NCBI GenBank assembly: GCA_035546215.1
Contig: DASZWR010000078.1
Span: 5,053 to 69,052, forward strand
DNA length: 64,000 bases
DNA from: Gaiellaceae bacterium
GTDB lineage: Bacteria; Actinomycetota; Thermoleophilia; Gaiellales; Gaiellaceae
Reading direction: 5' to 3'
Numbering within the stretch: the first letter of the stretch is position 1; the number at the start of each line of letters is the position of its first letter. The position numbers were made by a program, and so were the translations under genes. Shown here piece by piece: positions 57,389 to 64,000 of this stretch. The notes under the pieces are model-generated. The model was not told the origin of the DNA, ran no database searches, and worked only from the letters and a program-made list of their open reading frames with translations.

Positions 57389-58489
57389 ATGTCCGAGAGG
57401 CTCGGAGTGCAGGCAGCGCTCATCGACGGCGTGTTCGTCGCGGGCGACGTCGAGGTCGTGGACGGGTGCATCGCCGCCGTCGGCGTCGCCGCCCCGGGCG
57501 GGCAGGGCTTCGCCGTCCCGGGGTTCGTCGACCTGCAGGTGAACGGGTTCGGCGGCGTGGACTTCCTCGACGCCGACACCGCCGGCTACCGGCGCGCCGG
57601 CGAGGCGCTCCTCGAGACCGGCGTCACCGCCTACCTGCCGACGCTGATCACGAGCCCGGAGGCGCAGGTCCTCGCCGCCGCGCGCGAGGTGCCGACCGAC
57701 GATTCCGCGCGGCCGCGCGTGCTCGGGCTGCACCTCGAGGGGCCGTTCCTCTCGCCGAACCGGCTGGGGACGCACGAGGCCTCCTCGCGGCGCGACCCCG
57801 ACCCGGCGCTCCTCGACCGGCTGCTCGACGCCGGCCCGGTGCGGCTGATGACGCTCGCGCCGGAACTGCCGGGCGCCGACGTGCTGATCGGGCGGCTGCT
57901 CGAGCGCGGGATCGTCGTCTCGCTCGGCCACACCGACGCGACCGCCGAGCAGGCGAACGCTGCCTTCGACCTCGGAGCGACGGCGGTCACGCACCTCTTC
58001 AACGCGATGCGCCCCTTCCTGCACCGGGACCCGGGCATCGCCGGCGCCGCGCTCGCGCGCGACGACGTGGTCGTCTCGCTGATCGTGGACGGCATCCACC
58101 TCGCCCCCGAGACGTCGCGCACGGTGTGGAACGCGGCGCGCGGGCGCGTCGCCCTGATCAGCGACGCGATCGCGGCGGCGCCGAGGACGCAGGGCCCGTC
58201 GAGCCTCGGCGAGCTCGACCTGCACGTGCACGAGGGTGCGGTGCGCGGGCCGGACGGCGTCCTCGCGGGGAGCGTCCTGACGATGATCGAGGCCGTCCGC
58301 AACCTGCACGCGCTCGGCGTGCCGATCGAGGACGCGGTGGGTGCGGCCACGACCACGCCGGCGAAGATGCTCGGCGAGCGCAGCCTCGGCCGCATCGACG
58401 TGGGGCTTCCGGCCGACGTCGTCGTGCTGAACGACAGCCTGGAGATCGACCGCGTGCTGGTGGCGGGCGAGGTCCGGGTCGCGGCCTAG
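57389..58489 (+). CDS. nagA: N-acetylglucosamine-6-phosphate deacetylase
   Basis: MSERLGVQAALIDG start. PGFVDLQVNGFGG, HLEGPF, LGHTDA and THLFNAM motifs. Confidence 0.9.
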   Translation: MSERLGVQAALIDGVFVAGDVEVVDGCIAAVGVAAPGGQGFAVPGFVDLQVNGFGGVDFLDADTAGYRRAGEALLETGVTAYLPTLITSPEAQVLAAAREVPTDDSARPRVLGLHLEGPFLSPNRLGTHEASSRRDPDPALLDRLLDAGPVRLMTLAPELPGADVLIGRLLERGIVVSLGHTDATAEQANAAFDLGATAVTHLFNAMRPFLHRDPGIAGAALARDDVVVSLIVDGIHLAPETSRTVWNAARGRVALISDAIAAAPRTQGPSSLGELDLHVHEGAVRGPDGVLAGSVLTMIEAVRNLHALGVPIEDAVGAATTTPAKMLGERSLGRIDVGLPADVVVLNDSLEIDRVLVAGEVRVAA

Positions 58490-58860
58490 AGCAGCGCGGC
58501 GCGCTCGTCGTCGCCGATCGGCCGCGACGCGCGGCGCTCACCGTCCCACGCGACGAGCACGGTGCGCGAGCGCGCACCGACCTCCTCGCCGGTCAGCACC
58601 TCCTGCTCGAACGTGACGCTCGAGCCGCCGACCTCCGCCACCCGCGTGCGCACGCGGACCTCCGGCGCCGGGTACCTGATCTCGCGCACGTAGTCGATCG
58701 AGAAGTGGACGACGACGGTGGGCCACTGCTCGAACCCGCCGACACGCCCCGCGAGGAACGCCTCCCGAGCCTCGTCGAAGAACACGGGGTACGCGGCGTA
58801 CGTGACGTGCCCGAGGGCGTCGAAATCAGCCCAGCGCGTCTGGATCCGGTGCTCGTGCAC
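58486..58860 (-). CDS. Acyl-CoA thioesterase, 4HBT/YbgC hotdog family
   Basis: VHEHRIQTRWADFDALGHVTYAAYPVFFDEAREAF is the typical N-terminus. GTG at 58860 is preferred over the track start at 58902. Confidence 0.7.
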   Translation of the reverse strand: MHEHRIQTRWADFDALGHVTYAAYPVFFDEAREAFLAGRVGGFEQWPTVVVHFSIDYVREIRYPAPEVRVRTRVAEVGGSSVTFEQEVLTGEEVGARSRTVLVAWDGERRASRPIGDDERAALL

Positions 58861-60103
58861 CGGCGGAGCGTGCCATGAGCACCGACCGGAGCGCGAGCGC
58901 ACCGGCGCCCGCCGCGACGGGAACGGCGAGGAACCACGACGAGAAGACGGCGACGACCACGACGAGCGAGAGGGTCAGCGCGGCGGCGAGCCGCACCCGG
59001 CCGTCGAGGATCCGCACCGCCGAGAGGAGCGCCAGCGCGTAGACGGAGATGAAGCACGCGGAGGTCGCGCGCACGAAGTCGTCCGTCGTGCCGATGCCGG
59101 CGAGCAGCCCGCCGAGCAGGACGGTGCCCGCCACCCCGAGCAGCACGAGCGGCCGCCGCGGCACGCTGCGCTCCGCGCCCCGGGCGAGCCACAGCGGCAG
59201 CGAGCCCTCCTGGGCGAGCGACGCGATCAGCTTCGACGCGCCGCCGACGTACACGTTCATCGTCCCCATCGTGAGGGCGACCGCGAGCACGGCGGTCGCG
59301 TCGCGGCCCGCGCGGCCGAAGCCGACGGCCATCAGGTCGGCGAGCGGCACCGTCGAGCGTCCCGACCCGCCGACGGCGATCGCGGCGGCGGCGAGCGCCA
59401 CGTAGAGGACGGTGACGACGGCGAAGGCGACCGCGATCGCGCGCGGGAGGTCGTGCTCCGGCCGGCGGAACTCGCCCGCGAGCTGGGCGACCGCCTCCCA
59501 TCCGACGAAGAGCCAGACGAGGATGTTCGCGGCCGTGCCGACCGCCCACCAGCCGTGCGGCGCGAACGGCGTCCAGTTGTCGCCGCCCCGCGACGGAAGG
59601 GCGACGGCGATCGCGACGGCGAGCACCACGACGAGCACCGACGAGAGCGCGAGCTGGAAGCCGGACGAGACGCGCAGGCCGAGCGTGTTCGCGGCGAGCA
59701 CCGTCCCGAACATCGCGAGCCCGACCCCGGCGGCGACGACGATCCCGGAGCCGGTCAGGTCGGCGACGTACCACCCGCCGATCAGCGCGACCGCCGGTGC
59801 GCCGACGACGACGGCGGCCACGAACCAGCCGCCGGTCACCGCGGCCGCTCCGTCGCCGACGCCCTCGCGCACGTACGCGCTGACCCCGCCCGCGACGGGG
59901 TGCCGCACACCGAGCGCGGCGAAGACGAGCGCGAGCGGCGCCGAGAGAAGGAGCAGCGCTCCCCACGCGACGATCGACGCGGCTCCGGCCGCCTGCACGG
60001 CGAGCGCCGGCACGAGCAGGACGCCCGGCCCGATCAGGGCGCCCACGTAGAGGGCCGCGCCGCGGGTCACCCCGAGGCTAGCGTGCGTCGAATGTTCCGC
60101 CAT
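58826..60103 (-). CDS. APC-family amino acid permease
   Basis: MAEHSTHASLGVTRGAALYVGALIGPGVLLVPAL... 12 TMs. An alternative GTG start lies at 60070. Confidence 0.8.
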   Translation of the reverse strand: MAEHSTHASLGVTRGAALYVGALIGPGVLLVPALAVQAAGAASIVAWGALLLLSAPLALVFAALGVRHPVAGGVSAYVREGVGDGAAAVTGGWFVAAVVVGAPAVALIGGWYVADLTGSGIVVAAGVGLAMFGTVLAANTLGLRVSSGFQLALSSVLVVVLAVAIAVALPSRGGDNWTPFAPHGWWAVGTAANILVWLFVGWEAVAQLAGEFRRPEHDLPRAIAVAFAVVTVLYVALAAAAIAVGGSGRSTVPLADLMAVGFGRAGRDATAVLAVALTMGTMNVYVGGASKLIASLAQEGSLPLWLARGAERSVPRRPLVLLGVAGTVLLGGLLAGIGTTDDFVRATSACFISVYALALLSAVRILDGRVRLAAALTLSLVVVVAVFSSWFLAVPVAAGAGALALRSVLMARSAGARAPDPDALG

Positions 60104-60754
60104 GGCTTCCGAGCGATGATGCCGCTCTGGCTCGGGGTCGTGCCGTTCGGAGTCGCCTATGCGGTGATCGCCCGGGACGCGGGCCTGTCGCTGCTCGAGA
60201 CCCAGGCGCTGTCGCTGCTCGTCTTCGCGGGCAGCGCGCAGGTGAGCGCCGTCGGCCTGATCGGGCGCGGCGCCGGCGGGCTCGAGATCGTGCTGACGAC
60301 CTTCCTGCTGAACGTACGGCACGTGCTCTACGGCCTGTCGCTCGCCCGGCGCGTGCCGATGTCGCCGCGCGAGCGCGCCGTCGGCGCCTACTTCCTGACC
60401 GACGAGGCGTACGGCGTCTCGATCGCGCGCGGCGCCCGCACCTTCGGCTACGTGCTGGGCGCCGAGCTGTCGCTCTTCGTCACCTGGAACCTCGCGACCT
60501 TCGCGGGCGGCCTGCTCGGCGGCGTGATCCCCGACCCGGAGCGGCTCGGGGTCGACTTCGTCTTCCCGGTCGCGTTCCTCGCGCTGCTCGTCCCGCTGCT
60601 CCGGCGGCGCGTCGACGTGCTGGTGGCGCTCGTCGCCGGCGTCGTCGCGTGGGCGCTCGCGAAGGGCCTGCCCGGGGGCCTGCCGGTGGTCGGCGCCGGT
60701 GTCTCCGGCGCGCTCCTCGGCGCCTTTCTCACGCGCGGGGAGAAGCCGGCCTGA
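60092..60754 (+). CDS. azlC: AzlC-family branched-chain amino acid exporter subunit
   Basis: FRHGFRAMMPLWLGVVPFGVAYAV...LSLLVFAGSAQ...TFLLNVRHVLYG are typical AzlC motifs. Confidence 0.8.
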   Translation: MFRHGFRAMMPLWLGVVPFGVAYAVIARDAGLSLLETQALSLLVFAGSAQVSAVGLIGRGAGGLEIVLTTFLLNVRHVLYGLSLARRVPMSPRERAVGAYFLTDEAYGVSIARGARTFGYVLGAELSLFVTWNLATFAGGLLGGVIPDPERLGVDFVFPVAFLALLVPLLRRRVDVLVALVAGVVAWALAKGLPGGLPVVGAGVSGALLGAFLTRGEKPA

Positions 60755-61047
60755 GCTTCTGGCTGACCTGCGCGGGCATGGTCGTCGTCACGTTCGGCTC
60801 CCGGATCACGGGGCTGACGGTGCGCATGCACCTGCCGCCGTTCTGGCTGCGGTTCCTGCACTTCGTGCCGATCGCGGTGTTCGCCGCGCTCGTCACGCCG
60901 TCGCTGCAGGGGTCGCGCGGCGAGGGCGGCATCCGGGTCGCCGCCGCCGCGCTCGCGGCGGTCGTCGCGTGGCGGTCGCGCCAGCTGGCGCTCGCGATCG
61001 CCGCCGGGATGGTCGCGTTCTGGCTGCTGCGGCTCCTCCCGGGCTAG
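60751..61047 (+). CDS. azlD: AzlD-family small membrane subunit; probable CTG start
   Basis: LSFWLTCAGMVVVTFGSRITG... is the conserved first helix. The only codon giving it is CTG at 60751, overlapping the azlC TGA (CTGA). ATG at 60778 would truncate TM1. Confidence 0.65.
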   Translation: MSFWLTCAGMVVVTFGSRITGLTVRMHLPPFWLRFLHFVPIAVFAALVTPSLQGSRGEGGIRVAAAALAAVVAWRSRQLALAIAAGMVAFWLLRLLPG

Positions 61048-61457
61048 GAGGTCCGCCGGAGCTGCCGGTTGGCCGCGGCGAATGTCGCGACGAGCTCGTC
61101 GCGGTCCTCCCCGAGCGCCCTGAACGCGCGCATCAGCCGCCGGTCGCCGTCACGTGACAGACGCAGCGAAACGGCGCGACGGTCATCGGGCGATGGGTCC
61201 TTGACGACGAGACCCGCTTCGACCGCGCGCTTCACGAGCTCGCTCACCGCGGTCTGGCGCAGTTCCAGCAACCGGCAAAGGTCGGTGAGGCGCACCTCGC
61301 CCTCGGTGGCGGCGATCATCAGCAGGAGGTCGTAGCGCTCCGGCGTCAGCCCGGAGTCGTCCGTGACGACCTTCGTGCGCCGCAGGAAGCGCCGGAGGGC
61401 CGTCCGGAACTCGGCTGCCCGCTGAAGCTCGGCCGTCGGACGCGACTGCGACGCCAC
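61044..61457 (-). CDS. MarR-family transcriptional regulator
   Basis: GTG start. LTPERYDLLLMIA...RLTDLCRLLELRQTAVSELVKRAVEAGLV...DRRAVSLRLSRDG. Paralogous in layout to 13836..14222. Confidence 0.85.
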   Translation of the reverse strand: MASQSRPTAELQRAAEFRTALRRFLRRTKVVTDDSGLTPERYDLLLMIAATEGEVRLTDLCRLLELRQTAVSELVKRAVEAGLVVKDPSPDDRRAVSLRLSRDGDRRLMRAFRALGEDRDELVATFAAANRQLRRTS

Positions 61458-61477
61458 GAGGCGCGTTATACCATGAC

Positions 61478-63478
61478 ATGGTGTTTTCTCGGCTTCCTGC
61501 GTCGGCCAGGCGCGTCCTCGGGCGCAGCTACCTGCGCAAATGGGTGGTGCTCGGGTCCGTCATCGGCGCCGTCGCGGGGCTCGGCGCGGTCGCCTTCATC
61601 GAGCTGCTGCAGCTCGGCACGCACGTGCTGCTCGGCACCCTCGGCGGCTATCACCCGCCGACCCCGATCGGCGAGGGCCACACGCTCGCGAGCGGGACCA
61701 CGCACTCATGGCGAGTGCCGCTCGTCGTCGGCGCCGGCGCGCTCGCCTCGGCCGCGCTCGTGTTCCGGTTCGCACCCGAGGCGGAAGGACACGGGACCGA
61801 CGCCGCGATCGCAGCGGTCCACCACGACCCGACGCGCATCCGGTCACGTATCGCCCCGATCAAGATCGTCGCCTCCGCCCTGACGATCGGCGCCGGAGGG
61901 TCCGGCGGCCGCGAAGGCCCAACCGCCCAGATCAGCGCGGGCTTCGCATCGTTCCTCGCCCGACGCCTGCGGCTCTCGCCCGCCGACTCGCGGATCGCCG
62001 TGACGGTGGGCATCGGCTCGGGGATCGGCGCGATCTTCCGCGCGCCGCTCGGCGGGGCCGTGCTCGGCGCGGAGATCCTGTACCGCGACGACGCGGAGAT
62101 CGACGCGCTCGTCCCCTCGATCATCGCGGCGATCGTCGCGTTCGCCGTCTTCGGCGCCTTCGAGAGCTACGACCCGATCTTCGGCTTCCTCGACGGCTAC
62201 CGGTTCTCGCATGCCTTCCAGCTCGTCTACTTCGCCGCGATCGGGATCGCGTGTGGACTGATCGGGCGCCTGTACGCGTGGAGCTTCTACGGCCTCAGCG
62301 GCCTCTTCGAGCGGCTGCGCGTGCCGCGGCTCGCGAAGCCGGCCCTCGGCGGCCTGGGCACGGGCCTGATCGGCATCGCGCTGCCGGGAGCGCTCGGCAC
62401 CGGCTACGGCTGGGTGCAGGTCTCCATGGGCAGGAGCCTGTTGCACCTCTCGCTGTGGGTCGTGCTGTTGCTGCCGTTCGCGAAGATCGCGGCCACCTCG
62501 CTGTCGATCGGCTCGGGCGGCTCGGGCGGGATCTTCGGGCCCGGCATGGTGATCGGCGGCTTCACCGGCGCCGCCGTGTGGCGGCTCCTCCACGGTTTCG
62601 CGCCCCAGCTGCCGCACCAGGCGGCGCCGTTCGTCGTCGTCGGGATGATCGCCTGCTTCGGCGCGATCGCGCATGCGCCGCTCGCCGTGATGCTGATGGT
62701 CGTGGAGATGACCGGCAGCCTGACGGTGCTCGCGCCGGCGATGGTCGCGGTCGGGCTCGCGACGCTGCTGACGGGCGACGCGACCATCTACAGGAGCCAG
62801 CTTCGGTCACGTGCCGAGTCGGCGGCGCACCGCCTGCGCTTCGCGATGCCGATGCTCGCTCTGACCACGGCCGGGACGGCGATGGTCGAGCCCCGGCTGG
62901 TGCTCGCGGGCTCGACCACTGTCGGCGAGGCACGCCGCCTCCTCGGCGAGGCGGAGGTCCCCGGAGCCCCCGTCGTCGACGGCCGCGGACGGTTCTGCGG
63001 TCGCGTCTCGGCCGGGGAGCTCGTCGGCGTCGACCCGGCCGAGCCGATCGGCACGCGCGCCCGCGACAGCGAGGTCGCCGTCGACCTCGGGGACACGCTC
63101 GAGGTGACGGCCGAGCGGCTGAGCACCCGCGGCACGAGCTGGCTGCCGGTGCTCGATCGTGACCGCGTCGCCGGCGTGATCGGGATGACGGAGCTGATCG
63201 AGGGCTACCGGGACGCGCTCGCGACGAGCCTCCGCCAGGTCGTCCGGACCGGGAAGACCGTGCTCGTGGAGGCGCACGTCGCGCCTCGGTCCGAGGTGGC
63301 CGGGCGTGCGATCCGGGACGTCCCGTGGTCACCGGGGACGGTGATCGTCTCGATCCAGCGCGGAGGGCAGCTGCTCCTGGCCGCAGGCGAGACGCGACTC
63401 GAGGCGGGCGACCTCGTCACGGCGGTCACGCACCCGATGACCGAGGCCGTCCTGCGTCAGCGGCTCGCGACCGAGTAG
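61478..63478 (+). CDS. ClC-family chloride channel/antiporter with C-terminal CBS pair and TrkA-C-like domain
   Basis: GSGGREGP, GIGAIFRAPLGG and GSGGIFGP selectivity-filter motifs. The C-terminal 200 aa is soluble (CBS-like, then RCK_C-like ...LEAGDLVTAV). Confidence 0.9.
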   Translation: MVFSRLPASARRVLGRSYLRKWVVLGSVIGAVAGLGAVAFIELLQLGTHVLLGTLGGYHPPTPIGEGHTLASGTTHSWRVPLVVGAGALASAALVFRFAPEAEGHGTDAAIAAVHHDPTRIRSRIAPIKIVASALTIGAGGSGGREGPTAQISAGFASFLARRLRLSPADSRIAVTVGIGSGIGAIFRAPLGGAVLGAEILYRDDAEIDALVPSIIAAIVAFAVFGAFESYDPIFGFLDGYRFSHAFQLVYFAAIGIACGLIGRLYAWSFYGLSGLFERLRVPRLAKPALGGLGTGLIGIALPGALGTGYGWVQVSMGRSLLHLSLWVVLLLPFAKIAATSLSIGSGGSGGIFGPGMVIGGFTGAAVWRLLHGFAPQLPHQAAPFVVVGMIACFGAIAHAPLAVMLMVVEMTGSLTVLAPAMVAVGLATLLTGDATIYRSQLRSRAESAAHRLRFAMPMLALTTAGTAMVEPRLVLAGSTTVGEARRLLGEAEVPGAPVVDGRGRFCGRVSAGELVGVDPAEPIGTRARDSEVAVDLGDTLEVTAERLSTRGTSWLPVLDRDRVAGVIGMTELIEGYRDALATSLRQVVRTGKTVLVEAHVAPRSEVAGRAIRDVPWSPGTVIVSIQRGGQLLLAAGETRLEAGDLVTAVTHPMTEAVLRQRLATE

Positions 63479-63481
63479 CGG

Positions 63482-63889
63482 TTACTGCCTGCTCGCGATG
63501 GCGCGGGCGAGCTCGCGCTTCGACATCTTCGAGCGCCCGTCGACACCGAGGCGCTTGGCGCGCTCGTACAGCTCGGCCTTCGTGTTCCCCTCGTAGTCGA
63601 CGCCCCCGAAGGTCTCTCCGCGGCCCAGCTGCTTCTCGCGGGTCGTCCCCTCGGAGCGGGGATCGGACGGGCCGGGCTCGCGCTTGCGCTCCCAGTGGTC
63701 GCCGACCTTCTCGTAGTCGTGCTTGAGCGACGCATACGCCGTCCGGTGGGCCCGCTCACCCTCGCCGTACTGCTCGGCGGCGCTGTCGTGCGTCTCCGCG
63801 AACTGGCGCTGCGCCTTGGCCGGCGAGCGCTTCAGGGTGTCCGGCAGCTCCGACTTCCTGACGTTGCCGCCCCTCGTCATCTTCGGCAT
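63482..63889 (-). CDS. ChaB-like protein with C-terminal Rho_N/SAP-like helix-hairpin
   Basis: SD AAGGAG before ATG 63889. ELPDTLKRSPAKAQRQFAETHDSA...RAHRTAYASLKHDYEK (ChaB). C-terminal TKAELYERAKRLGVDGRSKMSKRELARAI. Confidence 0.7.
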   Translation of the reverse strand: MPKMTRGGNVRKSELPDTLKRSPAKAQRQFAETHDSAAEQYGEGERAHRTAYASLKHDYEKVGDHWERKREPGPSDPRSEGTTREKQLGRGETFGGVDYEGNTKAELYERAKRLGVDGRSKMSKRELARAIASRQ

Positions 63890-64000
63890 CTCCGCTCCTT
63901 TCGCTCGACGCCCTTCTCCTTGCAGGCAGGCGGCCCGCTCAAACCTCGTTCGGCGCATTCGCTCGCTCGAGCGAGTGCGCGGCGGCGGCGACGTCTCGCG

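Noticed and set aside
61471-61481. Palindrome CCATGACATGG between the MarR gene and the ClC channel start, as a possible MarR operator.
   Set aside because: It is only 5+1+5 nt and overlaps the ClC ATG. That is too short to distinguish from chance without binding data or conservation.

Overview
Very GC-rich, densely packed chromosomal segment. Third codon positions are almost uniformly G/C, which I used to separate real frames from the many spurious alternate-frame ORFs in the track. Gene content points to Actinomycetota (inference only): QcrCAB plus CtaCDE, an ECF sigma/ZAS anti-sigma pair with a GGAAT-N18-GTT promoter, F420-type LLM oxidoreductases and a GntR/HutC-controlled GlcNAc cluster. 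I support about 70 protein-coding genes, many joined by ATGA/GTGA/TAGTG start-stop overlaps. I saw no rRNA, tRNA or CRISPR array. Blocks in order: (1) xanthine-dehydrogenase-family subunits, SLT transglycosylase, cyclophilin, MocA-like gene; (2) MFS transporter, sigma/anti-sigma module, HMA/GCS2 operon, HtrA; (3) MarR plus a selenocysteine formate dehydrogenase operon (in-frame TGA plus SECIS-like hairpin) followed by an AceTr-family channel and a DUF892 protein; (4) aconitase; (5) one gap-free ctaC-ctaD-ctaE-X-qcrC-qcrA-qcrB-Y respiratory operon; (6) transporters, PfkB kinase, PhzF; (7) two tandem paralogous secreted Cys-rich proteins; (8) a gamma-glutamyl-amine catabolic cluster interrupted by an IS200/RAYT-like Y1 transposase; (9) ABC-2 exporter; (10) GlcNAc/chitobiose utilisation cluster with dre-like operators; (11) AzlCD, MarR, ClC channel, ChaB-like protein. 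Nothing looks like a recognisable defence island. The most unusual items are the Sec-FDH/AceTr operon, the complex III-IV super-operon with two uncharacterised coupled ORFs, the tandem secreted paralogs, the RAYT insertion, a triple-frameshifted membrane gene, and three genes whose conserved N-termini lack a canonical start codon.
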